From NCBI GenBank assembly GCA_950097015.1, contig CATNEN010000035.1, forward strand, positions 1,488,001 through 1,552,000: a DNA stretch of 64,000 nt, written 5' to 3'. Source of the stretch: Macrostomum hystrix. Its lineage: Eukaryota > Animalia > Platyhelminthes. This document shows positions 37,097 through 50,338 of this stretch, piece by piece; within the stretch, counting starts at the first letter, position 1; each line of letters starts with the position of its first letter. A model generated the notes under the pieces. That model was not told the DNA's origin. It saw only the letters and a program-made list of their open reading frames with translations, and searched no databases. The position numbers and the translations under genes are program-made.

Positions 37097-38673
37097 GGGT
37101 CATGAAGAGGTGTTAGTCAACTAGATTTTGAGTCATGAAGAGGTGTTAGTCAACCAGTTTTTGGGTCATGAAGAGGTGTTAGTCAACTAGATTTTGGGTC
37201 ATGAAGAGGTGTTAGTCAACCAGTTTTTGGGTCATGAAGAGTTGTTACTCAACTAGTTTTTGGGTCATGAAGAGGTGTTAGTCAATTGGTTTTTGGGTCA
37301 TGAAGAGGTGTTAGTCAGCCAGTTTTTGGGTCATGAAGAGTTGTTAGTCAACTGGTTTTTGGGTCATAAAGAGTTGTGAGTCAACCAGTTCTTGGGTCAT
37401 GAAGAGGTGTTAGTCAACAAGTTTTTGGGTCATGAAGAGGTGTTAGTCAACAAGTTTTTGGGTCATGAAGAGGTGTTAGTCAACTAGTTCTTGGGTCATG
37501 AAGAGGTGTTAGTCAACTAGATTTTGGGTCATGAAGAGGTGTTAGTCAACCAGTTTTTGGGTCATGAAGAGTTGTTACTCAACTAGTTTTTGGGTCATGA
37601 AGAGGTGTTAGTCAACTAGTTCTTGGGTCATGAAGAGGTGTTAGTCAACCAGTTTCTGGGTCATGAAGAGGTGTTAGTCAACCAGTTTCTGGGTCATGAA
37701 GAGGTGTTAGTCAACCAGTTTCTGGGTCATGAAGAGGTGTTAGTCAACCAGTTTCTGGGTCATGAAGAGGTGTTAGTCAACCAGTTTTTGGGTCATGAAG
37801 AGGTGTTAGTCAACCAGTTTCTGGGTCATGAAGAGGTGTTAGTCAACCAGTTTTTGGGTCATGAAGAGGTGTTAGTCAACTAGATTTTGGGTCATGAAGA
37901 GGTGTTAGTCAACCAGTTCTTGGGTCATGAAGAGGTGTTAGTCAACAAGTTTTTGGGTCATGAAGAGGTGTTAGTCAACAAGTTTTTGGGTCATGAAGAG
38001 GTGTTAGTCAACTAGTTCTTGGGTCATGAAGAGGTGTTAGTCAACCAGTTTCTGGGTCATGAAGAGGTGTTAGTCAACCAGTTTCTGGGTCATGAAGAGG
38101 TGTTAGTCAACCAGTTTCTGGGTCATGAAGAGGTGTTAGTCAACCAGTTTCTGGGTCATGAAGAGGTGTTAGTCAACCAGTTTTTGGGTCATGAAGAGGT
38201 GTTAGTCAACTAGTTCTTGGGTCATGAAGAGGTGTTAGTCAACCAGTTTTTGGGTCATGAAGAGATGTTAGTCAACTGGTTTTTGGGTCATGAAGAGGTC
38301 TTAGTCAACCAGTTTTTGGGTCATGAAGAGGTGTTAGTCAACTAGTTCTTGGGTCATGAAGAGGTGTTAGTCAACTAGTTTTTGGGTCATAAAGAGGTGT
38401 TAGTCAACTAGTTCTTGGGTCATGAAGAGGTGTTAGTCAACCAGTTTCTGGGTCATGAAGAGGTGTTAGTCAACCAGTTTTTGGGTCATGAAGAGATGTT
38501 AGTCAACTGGTTTTTGGGTCATGAAGAGGTCTTAGTCAACCAGTTTTTGGGTCATGAAGAGGTGTTAGTCAACTAGTTCTTGGGTCATGAAGAGGTGTTA
38601 GTCAACTAGTTTTTGGGTCATAAAGAGGTGTTAGTCAACCAGTTTCTGGGTCATGAAGAGGTGTTAGTCAACT
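37097..38673. repeat. 33-bp minisatellite (TTGGGTCATGAAGAGGTGTTAGTCAACCAGTTT), ~48 copies
   Basis: Direct reading. Confidence 0.95.
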
Positions 38674-39504
38674 ATTAGTTAGTCGACTGAGTGTCTCACA
38701 ACTTGAGGTCGATGGTCGCCTTGACCCAGCCAGCACCGGTTGTTCTGCCGTTTACCAGTGTTTTTAAGGTACACCCACGTCTCGTCCTCCACCACGTACT
38801 TGTTGCAGAAGCTGGTCATGCCCTCGGTATGAAAAATCCGACGTATTTGCTTGGCACAATTGACGCGAGCAACCTTGTTCTCCTCGGAGAGAACATGCGG
38901 GACCCACACGGCAGACACATTGCGAAGTTGCAGGTCTTCAGTCAATATTTCATGCACTGTTGATTTCCCAACCTCCATGAAGTCAGCAAGATCTCTGACA
39001 CTCACTTTTGGGTCTTCTTTCACGAGATTTCTGCAGGTCTCGATCAGCTCTGGTGTTCTCGTCGATCTCGGCCGGCCAGTACGGGCAGCTTGGGCCAGTG
39101 GGTACGACTCGTCACGGAACCTTGTGTACCATCAGTACACTGACGACAGACCAGGCGCCACATCTCCATGCACTTTCAGCAGTTCTCCATGGCAATCAGG
39201 AGCAGATATACCAAGCTTATACCTGGTATAAGCATAAGCTTGAAACTCGTCCATCTCAAAGCAGCAGCAAGGATCAATGAAGAAAAAAGTAACGATAGAT
39301 ATTTGCTTTGCCTCTGCGTTGCAGTGGCCTAGACTTCTAAGTTATAACCATCAGCCTTACCCCCAAATTTGAAGCTAGAATCTAGCTCTTTCAGCCATAG
39401 ACATATATTAAGTCAAGTGTTAGAATGGTACAGTATCTTGTCAATAGCTTGTGTCTAAGTAGTTAGAATAACACATTCTCATGACTTTCCGGACACCCGA
39501 AGTA
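38674..39504 (-). mobile_element. Mariner-family transposon, 5' half only (transposase ATG at 39254, premature TGA at 39132-39134, truncated after the first catalytic Asp)
   Basis: HTH region plus WVPHVL and DETW motifs. Candidate terminus TA-CTTCGGGTGTCCGGAAAGTCAT on the minus strand at 39504-39481. Confidence 0.85.
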
Positions 39505-40051
39505 GAATATGTGTTTAAAAAATGATGTAAAAATTGAAATCAGGCAAAACCTGAATTGATGTTACTTAAAATTTACGGAGGCACTTTGCCGCAATTTTTA
39601 GGAAATATAATTAGCCGACCTGTATGAGAAATAATCTGATCGATTGTGTTATGAAAGTGCAGAGCTATTGAAACTGTTGTCACTATTATGAAGATATCAA
39701 AGCAATCATATTAAATAATCATGCTATTTACATTAGTATTAATAAAATGACAGCACGAACGTAACGATGGCTTTAATCAAACTTGTTTAACTTTAAGAGG
39801 CTGCAGGAATGGTACACCACAGAACAAATGTGCAAATAAATGAAAGTACACGCATATACAGAAACAGAAATGAGACTAAAGTATAACAAAATTGGTTAAC
39901 GATAATAGGAAAGGCCTCTTCATATTAAACTGGTCAATCATGATTCAGCTTTCTAGAGTTGACGAATACAGACAGGTACATTGCATACCTGTAAAATACA
40001 TTAGGAAGTTCAAGAAACAAACGTCTGGAAGGATGTCAATCTCGAATCATA

Positions 40052-41066
40052 AGGGGATCTGTGAGGATATCGATCCCAAACTGGATGGGACCTGTGAGGA
40101 TATTGATCCCAAACTGGAAGGGATCTGTGAGGATATCGATCCCAAACTGGAAGGGATCTGTGAGGATATTGATCCCAAACTGGATGGGACCTGTGAGGAT
40201 ATTGATCCCAAACTGGATGGGATCTGTGAGGATATTGATCCCAAACTGGAAGGGATCTGTGAGGATATCGATCCCAAACTGGAAGGGATCTGTGAGGATA
40301 TTGATCCCAAACTGGATGGGACCTGTGAGGATATTGATCCCAAACTGGATGGGATCTGTGAGGATATTGATCCCAAACTGGATGGGACCTGTGAGGATAT
40401 TGATCCCAAACTGGATGGGACCTGTGAGGATATCGATCCCAAACTGGAAGGGATCTCTGAGGATATCGATCCCACAGTTGAAGGGATCTGGGAGAATGTC
40501 GATCCCATAGTTGAAGGGATCTGGGAGAATGTCGATCCCACAGTTGAAGGGATCTGGGAGAATGTCGATCCCACAGTTGAAGGGATCTGGGAGAATGTCG
40601 ATCCCACAGTTGAAGGTGTCTGGGAGAATGTCGATTCCACAGTTGAAGGTGTCTGGGAGAATGTCGATCCCACAGTTGAAGGTGTCTGGGAGAATGTCGA
40701 TTCCACAGTTGAAGGTATCTGGGAGAATGTCGATTCCACAGTTGAAGGTATCTGGGAGAATGTCGATTCCACAGTTGAAGGTGTCTGGGAGAATGTCGAT
40801 TCCACAGTTGAAGGTGTCTGGGAGAATGTCGATTCCACAGTTGAAGGTGTCTGGGAGAATGTCGATTCCACAGTTGAAGGGATCTGGGAGAATGTCGATC
40901 CCACAGTTGAAGGGATCTGGGAGAATGTCGATCCCACAGTTGAAGGGATCTGGGAGAATGTCGATCCCACAGTTGAAGGGATCTGGGAGAATGTCGATCC
41001 CACAGTTGAAGGGATCTGGGAGAATGTCGATCCCACAGTTGAAGGGATCTGGGAGAATGTCGAATC
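40052..41066. repeat. 33-bp bipartite minisatellite (12 type-A units, 1 hybrid, ~18 type-B units)
   Basis: Type A GATCCCAAACTGGAAGGGATCTGTGAGGATATC; type B GATCCCACAGTTGAAGGGATCTGGGAGAATGTC. Confidence 0.95.
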
Positions 41067-41159
41067 CAAAGCCTACAATGTCCAGCCTGCAGGTGGTTAG
41101 TTGGAAACGGATGATTAAGGCGCAACTGTCAGCTGTGTCCCACTCTGGTGCATCCCAAC

Positions 41160-44100
41160 CTAAACCCTTTTAGTGTCCAGCTGCAGCTCCCTGTCGGCGG
41201 GCAGCGGCGCGAAGTAAGCGTCGACGGACTCGTCAGACACGTCCTCGACAGTGGCCGGACGCCAGGCTGGCTTCCTGCGATCGACCAGAGCGGCGCGCAC
41301 TCCCTCAACAAAGTCGTGCCCGGCCATGAAGCGCTGGGATATGCGATATTCCATCTTGAGCACACCAGCCAGGCTAAGGTGCAGGCCAAGGCGCAGCTGG
41401 CGCAGAGTGACCCGGAGCGAGGTCGGCGACATTCGGCTCAGAATCTCCAGCTGGGCGGCGGCCCACGGAGATGGGTCGGCGCGAAGGCTAGCCAAGATCT
41501 GCGGCATGGTGTCGTGCCGGAAGTGCCGCTCGATGTCAGCCATCTGGCGATTCAAGCTGAATGGCAACCGCATGTCGAGGGCGCTGCGGGCTTCAAACTG
41601 CTGCAGCAGCTCAGAGATGCGGGACACTGTGCCTGTGTAATGGGTGGCAATGGCGAACTGTTCAGTACAACCATTCCATATTTCAAAAATGTAACTGGGA
41701 ATAGAATCTGCAGCTATCGCATTAGGGAACTGGGAGTAGAATATACAGTTATCCCAAAATGGAACTGGGAGTAGAATATACAGTTATCCCAAAATGGAAC
41801 TGGGAGTAGAATATACAGTTATCCCAAAATGGAACTGGGAGTAGAATATACAGTTATCCCAAAATGGAACTGGGAGTAGAATATACAGTTATCCCAAAAT
41901 CGAACTGGGAGTAGAATATACAGTTATCCCAAAATGGAACTGGGAGTAGAATATACAGTTATCCCAAAATGGAACTGGGAGTAGAATATACAGTTATCCC
42001 AAGATGAAACTGGGATTAGAATCTGCAGTTATCCCAAGATGAAACTGGGAGTAGAATCTGCAGTTATCCCAAGATGAAACTGGGAGTAGAATCTGCAGTT
42101 ATACCAAGATGAAACTGGGAGTAGAATCTGCAGTTATCCCAAGATGAAACTGGGAGTAGAATCTGCAGTTATCCCAAAATGAAACTGGGACAATCTGCAG
42201 TTATCCCAAAATGGAACTGGGAGTAGAATCTTCAGAGAATCTTAATAGATTCTTCCATTTACTTTTTGATTGTGAAAATCCTTCTTAAACTAGAACAATC
42301 AAAAGTAATTTCTTCCGTTGAAAAATAACAATTTCTAAGAAGACAGCTCGGTCGGCTTGTCACGAAAATCAAATATTTCGATAAAATACATTATTCGTAA
42401 ATCCAAAACAAAAATTGATTGAATCCGATTTTTTTAATATAGCGAGATTAGCCAGAATGGCATCGAGTAAAAATGTAGCTAAAGTCTGGGAAAGAGAAAA
42501 ACAGAAACACACATAGTCTAGAGCACACGGTCAAACACGGTCAAAAAGAAAACAGAAGCAAAGAGCACAATAATATTCTCAATGCTTAGCATTCATAAAC
42601 CAATTGAGCAGGCTAAAATGCTCCAAAAAATTTAGTTTACTAGTCTACTTAAAGTAACAACATTTAAAGAGCTTTTTAGAAATTATGATAATAATCCTTA
42701 GGATTGAATGCTAAGTACAGGTGAGGAACACATCCAAAATGACACAAGGGGTCCAGGGCAGTGCCCAAAAAACCCCAATGACCCTTGAATGTGTCCAACA
42801 GACCACAATGACCCATGAATGAGTCAAACACACCAATGACCCATGAATGAGTCAAACACACCAATGACCCATAAATGAGTCAAACACACCAATGACCCAT
42901 GAATGAGTCCAACAGACCACATTGACCCATGAATGAGTGCAACAGACCACAATGACCCATGAATGAGTCCAACAGACCACAATGACCCATGAATGAGTCC
43001 AACAGACCACAATGACCCATGAATGAGTGCAACACACACCCAATGACCCATGAATAAGTCCAACAGACCACAATGACCCATGAATGAGTGCAACACACAC
43101 CCAATGACCCATGAATGAGTCCAACAGACCACAATGACCCATGAATGAGTGCAACACACACCCAATGACCCATGAATGAGTCCAACAGACCACAATGACC
43201 CATGAATGAGTGCAACACACACCCAATGACCCATGAATAAGTCCAACAGACCACAATGACCCATGAATGAGTGCAACACACACCCAATGACCCATGAATA
43301 AGTCCAACAGATCCCAATGACCCATAAATGAGTCCAACAGACCACAATGAACCACGAGCCCAACAGTGCCTTACCGAATGTGCCCTCGGTTGCCAGCCAG
43401 TCGCCGTTGCACAGGCGCTCCTCCAACGCGCCCAGCTGGTCCGAGTTGACAAAGTGAGACGCTATGCCGCATTTCTTCACGTCCTCGCCAGATAGCCGGT
43501 GCCCGGTGAGCGCCAGGTAGACGCCAATCTGTGCGTGCAGCCTGGGCAGGAAAAAGCCGCCGCCGACATCCGGAAAGAAGCCGATGTTGGTCTCGGGCAT
43601 GGCAACCACCTGGAAGCCGCGGCCGATTTCAGCGCTGAAACACCTCCTCACTTTTGTATGCATAGACAGCCGCCAAGCCTATATGGGCATCTGACTCATA
43701 CCCACACCCTCAAAGTCTTCTTCCCACATTTTCAAATTCTTCTTCTAACACCCTCAACTTCTTCCCACATTTTCAAATTCTTCTTTCCACACTTAAGTCT
43801 TATTCCCACTTCTTTTGTCTTTTGAATCTGATTCCTATATTCCAAACGGTACCATACCCAAAAATACCGTTAAACTCTAACTTCTAGTCTTCCCACACCC
43901 GATTCTAGTCTTCCCACACCCGATTCTAGTCTTCCCACACCCGATTCTAGTCTTCCCACACCCGATTCTAGTCTTCCCACACCCGATTCTAGTCTTCCCA
44001 CACCCGATTCTAGTCTTCCCACACCCGATTCTAGTCTTCCTACACCCGATTCTAGTCTTAACACCCGATTCTAGTCTTAACACCCGATTCTAGTCTTAAC

Positions 44101-45961
44101 ACCCGATTCTAGTCTTAACACCCGATTCTAGTCTTCCCACACCTGATTCTAGTCTTCCCACACCCGATTCTAGTCTTCCTACACCCGATTCTAGTCTTCC
44201 TACACCCGATTCTAGTCTTCCCACACCTGATTCTAGTCTTCCCACACCCGATTCTAGTCTTCCCACACCCGATTCTAGTCTTCCCACACCCGATTCTAGT
44301 CTTCCCACACCCGATTCTAGTCTTCCCACACCCGATTCTAGTCTTCCCACACCTGATTCTAGTCTTCCCACACCCGATTCTAGTCTTCCCACACCCGATT
44401 CTAGTCTTCCCACACCCGATTCTAGTCTTCCCACACCCGATTCTAGTCTTCCCACACCCGATTCTAGTCTTCCCACACCCGATTCTAGTCTTCCCACACC
44501 CGATTCTAGTCTTCCCACACCTGATTCTAGTCTTCCCACACCCGATTCTAGTCTTAACACCCGATTCTAGTCTTAACACCCGATTCTAGTCTTCACACCC
44601 GATTCTAGTCTTCACACCCGATTCTAGTCTTCACACCCGATTCTAGTCTTCACACCCGATTCTAGTCTTCACACCCGATTCTCGTCTTAACACCCGATTC
44701 TAGTCTTAACACCCGATTCTAGTCTTCCCACACCCGATTCTAGTCTTCCTACACCCGATTCTAGTCTTCACACCCGATTCTAGTCTTCACACACCCGATT
44801 CTAGTCTTCCCACACCCGATTCTAGTCTTCCCACACCTGATTCTAGTCTTCCCACACCCGATTCTAGTCTTCCCACACCCGATTCTAGTCTTCACACCCG
44901 ATTCTAGTCTTCCCACACCTGATTCTAGTCTTCCCACACCCGATTCTAGTCTTCCCAAACCTGAAGCCGTCTTAAATATCAACTCCGAAATTACAGTTCT
45001 CTCGGTAGCCACTCGGTAGTCGCCGTGGACGGAGAGTCCAACTCCGCCGCCCATAGTGATGCCATCGATGAAGGCAATGTAGGGCTTCTTATAGGTGCCA
45101 ATGGCGTGATTCAGCGCGTACTCTTCGCGAAAAAAATCGCGCGACAGATCGCCGCCGCGGCGACCGGAACCGGCGGCGGTATCGCCGTTCTGGACGCTGA
45201 CGCAGTCGTCGGCTATCGCGCGGATGTCACCACCGGCGCAGAAAGCCTTCAATCAAGGGGCGTTAAAAGCTTAAAGTTGTAAATAGACGATATTACGAGT
45301 AATAATTGCAGGAGGGCTACGGGAAATGGCACATCATTTGGTGACAGTAGACTGCTCATTATATAGAACTAACTAATCTGCCGATTTCGCTGACTCCTGA
45401 GCGCACACTCACACAGATGTGTACATCTGCCCCTGACTTTCTCATCGTCTTTTTCGTTTAGAGGTTGGCGCAAATTGAACGACAAGCCTCGAAGCCTTCT
45501 CTCCGCGGCTGCGCCCCAAATGAATGTGGCCCTTGCTGCGGAATCGAGCTCAGGGACCTTGGTGCGAGAGGCAAACGCGTTAGACCGCTCTTGCACTAAC
45601 CCAATAAACGTTTCTAATAGACGATGTACTTTATAGAACTTTCGAGAAAGGAACCAAACTATGCAGAAGAAACGATTGTGGCCACCTTTCCACTGCCAGG
45701 CGCCGGTTTGATGAGCACCAGGGCCACCTCCGGATCTGCCTCCCAGTCCAGCAGTCGCGGATGCATAGCCCGAATCATGGGCAAGTTGAGCGCATTCAAA
45801 GATTTAGGCCGGTTGAGCTCTACGACTCCAGCACAGCCGCGTCGGCTTAGCACAACCTCTGTGTCTGTAGCTGTTGAAGCCATCCTGACTAGAAGGCCAC
45901 GACAACGGGAACTATGCCGAGTTGGCAACAATGGCAACAGACGGAGCAGCCTAACTGGCAT
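41160..45961 (-). CDS. HIBCH: 3-hydroxyisobutyryl-CoA hydrolase, mitochondrial; exons 45961-45686, 45246-44995, 43609-43375, 41632-41160; 411 aa
   Basis: [16 protein letters not shown]|[57 protein letters not shown] and W.P motifs. Arg-rich transit peptide. GT-AG junctions total 1236 nt in frame; the intron 1 donor GTGGCC is weak. Confidence 0.93.
41700..42232. repeat. 35-bp minisatellite in HIBCH intron 3
   Basis: Unit GGAACTGGGAGTAGAATATACAGTTATCCCAAAAT. Confidence 0.93.
42790..43350. repeat. 30/31-bp minisatellite in HIBCH intron 3
   Basis: Unit AATGACCCATGAATGAGTCCAACAGACCAC. Confidence 0.93.
43881..44957. repeat. 21-bp minisatellite (with shorter variants) in HIBCH intron 2
   Basis: Unit CACCCGATTCTAGTCTTCCCA. 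Confidence 0.95.
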
Positions 45962-46937
45962 GCTGCACAACTGAATAGAATGGAAACTATATTCATTATT
46001 TATTTTGTTTTAAAAAACTTAGTTTAACTAAATTTTTTTACATTGCTTTTTAATTTATGCACAACATAATTTAATTTATTGCAGAATAAGCATTGAAATG
46101 TATCATAGTAAGATTATCAACTTGTTAGAATAGAAAATGCTTGTACTCTTTTCTGCTTAAGCTAATGAAAATAAGAAAAAACAGATTTTCCTTAAAATTC
46201 TTCTATAAAAATGCTTTCATTATAAATATTTTACTTAAAAATATTGATATTGATAATTAGGCTAGGCATAACTTAACTTTTTTCCTTTTGAAGTTTAAAT
46301 GATAGTAGGAAAATGTTACCTTGCCCAGAATAGCTAGGGTCAAGGCTTACTAAAGATTTAAACTTTCAAAGCAGTAAATTAATCAGTTTGTTCAAAGCTC
46401 TTATTCTATCATGTTTTGATAATTGTGCCTACTTTTACTATCTTACATTTTTAGTGAAAGATAAAGATAGGCTAGCTAACTAAGTCATAAAAAGCCAAGA
46501 TAACTAGTTAGCTATATTATTTTTTATGTAAGGGTAGGCTACACAGGCTTCCCATTTGTGATATAGAAACAATAATAGGCCAAGCTAATTTATCAAACTT
46601 GTGTTAGGGCCTATTGCTTCAGATTCACCTAATAAAAACTGCTAAGTGGAGCATTAGATCATTGATGGATCATTGGATCATTGATTTATTGCCACTTCCT
46701 TTTTTAATTTTAAAAATGTACAAAGGCACAACTTTAGGACAGGCGATTAGTGAAACAAGTGAATTTTTTTATAGTTATTTACTTGTAAGAAACACATCAA
46801 CCTCGCTACTAACAGTTATAATTTAACATTTGAAAATGAAGAAGCAATAAATAAATGATCCATACCATAATACTTATAGAGAATAGGTATAATTTACTGC
46901 CACCAACATGTAATATGTTATTAATGAAATGCAGGCA

Positions 46938-47481
46938 GTTGTCACTGCAGGCAGTTGTCATGTAGGCAGTTTTTGCTGCAGGCAGTTGTCACTGCAGGCA
47001 GTTTTTGCTGCAGGCAGTTGTCACTGCAGGCAGTTGTCACTGCAGGCAGTTGTCACTGCAGGCAGTTGTCACTGCAGGCAGTTGTCACTGCAGGCAGTTG
47101 TCACTGCAGGCAGTTGTCACTACAGGCAGTTGTCACTGCAGGCAGTTGTCACTGCAGGCAGTTGTCACTGCAGGCAGTTGTCACTGCAGGCAGTTGTCAC
47201 TGCAGGCAGTTGTCACTGCAGGCAGTTGTCACTGCAGGCAGTTGTCACTGCAGGCAGTTGTCACTGCAGGCAGTTGTCACTGCAGGCAGTTGTCACTGCA
47301 GGCAGTTGTCACTGCAGGCAGTTGTCACTGCAGGCAGTTGTCACTGCAGGCAGTTGTCACTGCAGGCAGTTGTCACTGCAGGCAGTTGTCACTGCAGGCA
47401 GTTGTCACTGCAGGCAGTTGTCACTGCAGGCAGTTGTCACTGCAGGCAGTTGTCACTGCAGGCAGTTGTCACTGCAGGCAA
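46938..47481. repeat. 16-bp minisatellite (GCAGGCAGTTGTCACT)
   Basis: Direct reading. Confidence 0.95.
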
Positions 47482-49583
47482 TTGTTGTGCTACTGGCTGG
47501 GATATCCCAATCCCAAGGTTGACAGAATTAATAGAATTAAATTATTCTGCAATCCACAATAGTCTAATACCAACTACATAAAAAGAGAAGTAGCTAATTG
47601 TGTTTTGTGCATAACTAGCTATAGGCCTATAGCTAATTGCATATTGATTCACATGCCTATTCACATTTAGACTTTTACAAATAAATTAGCCTATCTGCAC
47701 ACAATGTAATATAAGTTCAGCTTTGTTTCTGCTTACAATAATATGGCATTATAGATATAGTATTAGTACAATTAATTTTTACTTTATAAGTAGGACAGAT
47801 TTTTTTGTTTGAAGGCCAAGAACACCAGAAAACACAATATTGGTGTACATTGATTGGGTAGGCCTAGTACATCTTTCAAAATTGAGTCAAGCCAAGTAAT
47901 GTATAAATATATTTTTATTAAAAGAGAAAGTTTATTTTGAGCTTTGCAACGTCGCACACTGCCGATGCTGAACATTTAGCACCTTGAATAATAGCAATAA
48001 AATACAATTATAAAAGTAATTAGCGATTCTATGTACCGCCGCCTAACGTGTATATACGGGTGGTGTGGTCCAATACAAAAGGACCGCTACAAGAAGAATT
48101 TTTCTAGTGGTCCTTGCTCTAGTCCAAAATATATGAGTGACCCAATGAATGTGTCCAACACACCCCAATGATCCAGTAATAAATAAATTACTGAATTCCT
48201 AACTTTACATTGTTTTACTAATTATGTTTAAATGGCACCGTTTCAAACCTATTTTAATTATTTGAAGGTAAAATTTTCTGGATCGAAAGCACCCGATATT
48301 TTAATATCATTCTCTATTTATTCAGTTGTATCTATTTTTACTTTCAGGTGTTTATAAAATGTTTTTAAAGAGCCAGGACGGCCTTGATATCAGGTTCACC
48401 ATATGATAATTTCCCTTTTCTCAAATTTGTAATGCATTAACTTCTTCAATTTTATCTTTTTGTCGCTATGGGTACATTTGCCTGTGCCCCTGCACCACAG
48501 AAGTTACACAGAAGGCTAAATCGCCTATTTTTTAAATACAATAAAGTGAAAATCGTATTGCACTCTTCTTGTGAAGCATAAATGGGTGGCGTTGAGTTTT
48601 TGTCATAAACTTCAGCGATCTGAGTTCATTTTTATTTGCTCATCGGGCTGCCATTTTGAGTTCGTCTGAGCTGTCTCTGTGAAATAGTTGGAAAATCCAG
48701 ACTTCTGTTCGCAGCGAATGGGTTCTCCAGCAAACTGCAAAAAGCAAGTAGCAGAAAATGCAAAAGCTATGCGTGCGATCTAGTGAAATGCCTTGATGAC
48801 ATGAATTTTAATTTGAACTTGACACCGTTGAAATTTGATCCAAATTACGTATTTATCATCGGGTTTGAAGATAGTGGCCCTCGCGTGGGTCTCTGGACCT
48901 CCACGGTTGCGGGTGAGTCTGTAATCGTCTGGGTTAGAAGATTCTACACTCAAAAGCAAAGCAACTTTGAATTTCAAATATTCAAGTTTGAGTGCAAGTG
49001 TGAGGAGTGCCAGCAGGCGTTGAAAGGCAATGGTTCGGAAGAGATGCGCTTTCTGAAGATCAATGGAAACCAGTGGAACTGGAAACTAGGTCATACCAAA
49101 CAAGGCACTCATATCTATAATCTGCCAGATAGAGAGCACGCTTCACGACAACAGATAAAGAACTGTTTGTTCCAATGCCAAAATTTTTAGCCTACGACTT
49201 TCAAGTAAAATGTTTTAGCACCAAAGGAAGAATCCGCTGTGGTCCTTGATTTTAGCATAAACTTCTTGAGTTCAGTATGTAGTACAGCCTTTCGAAGCGC
49301 CGCGCAATAGCTGCGGTTGTACCACACGTCCTGTGCGTAATTTTTATTCTATATATCTTGTATAAATTTATGACTAGATCTATATGACCTGAAAATGAAT
49401 TTTGAATTATGAAGCCAGACGGCGAGTTTTGCCATTCACCTTTAAATTTTATAAGATGTTGTGAGTATATTTTTGCTATTGCGCCCTAAAATATTAAGGA
49501 GGGCGGTCTTTATGGTTCGCTTCAGCCATAAGCTCTAATTCCAAGTTTGAAGTTAAAGTGAAACAGCTGCTGCAGGGGGACAT

Positions 49584-50338
49584 TCACTTCTTGCTGGGAT
49601 AGGCCTGCAGTGTGACGCGCTTGATGTAGGCATAGTAGCATGTGCGCAGCGCGGCCTCGCTCTCAACCTCGTAGTCGCACTCGTCAGGCAGGGAGTACAT
49701 CCTGACAGCCTCGGCAACCTGGCTGCTGATCATGGAGTAGGTGATACCGCCAGCTAGCTCGCAGTTCTTGTTCTCCAGGACGCACGGCTTGTAGCGGGTC
49801 TCGAACAGTTCAGTAATTTGTCTGTCGGCATTCTGCAGTGCCCGCGAAAGTAAAGTAATTCATGAGTATAAATAATTAATAATGTAACAGTATGAGACAG
49901 AGCAGCCGTGTTAAAACGTACAGCAATCTCGGTGGGGTCGGTTTTGCCGGCAATGGCACCCATCCTGTAGGTCTTCAGCAAGTAAGCGTAGTAGCACGCA
50001 CGGTTGCAGGTCTCAGTGGCGGTGTCACACCTGCACTGGGCCGGCAGCCTATAGGCGATCAGCTGGCGCATAGTAGGGGCAAAGTTGCTGTACTGGAAGC
50101 TCGGGTTATTCGGCGGGCAGTTCTGATCGCGCAGGATGCAGGGCTTCGCGTAGGTCTCCAGATAAGCCAGGATCTGCTCGCGATCGGTCTGAAAAAAGTA
50201 AATTAAATGATTGCGTAAGTGTGCGGCATTTCCAGTAAACCAATCTAATTTGAGAATGAGGCCACGTCTCACCGGCACGGAGGCTTCGTTGCAGAGGGCA
50301 ACGATTGGCAGCATCGCGAGAAGCAGGAAGCGAAGCAT
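49584..50338 (-). CDS. Uncharacterised secreted protein with two homologous Cys-containing domains; exons 50338-50273, 50188-49922, 49832-49584; 193 aa
   Basis: Signal peptide MLRFLLLAMLPIVALC. All-phase-0 junctions CCG|gtgaga, ttcag|ACC, GCT|gtacgt, gcag|AAT. Internal repeat ETxxKPCxLxxxNC...YxLPxxC...RxCYYAY. TATA-like ATATAAG at about 50443-50449. Confidence 0.8.

Noticed and set aside
31287-38673. CRISPR-like appearance of regular 20-37-bp repeats
   Set aside because: Head-to-tail units with no unique spacers, no cas genes and a eukaryotic context.
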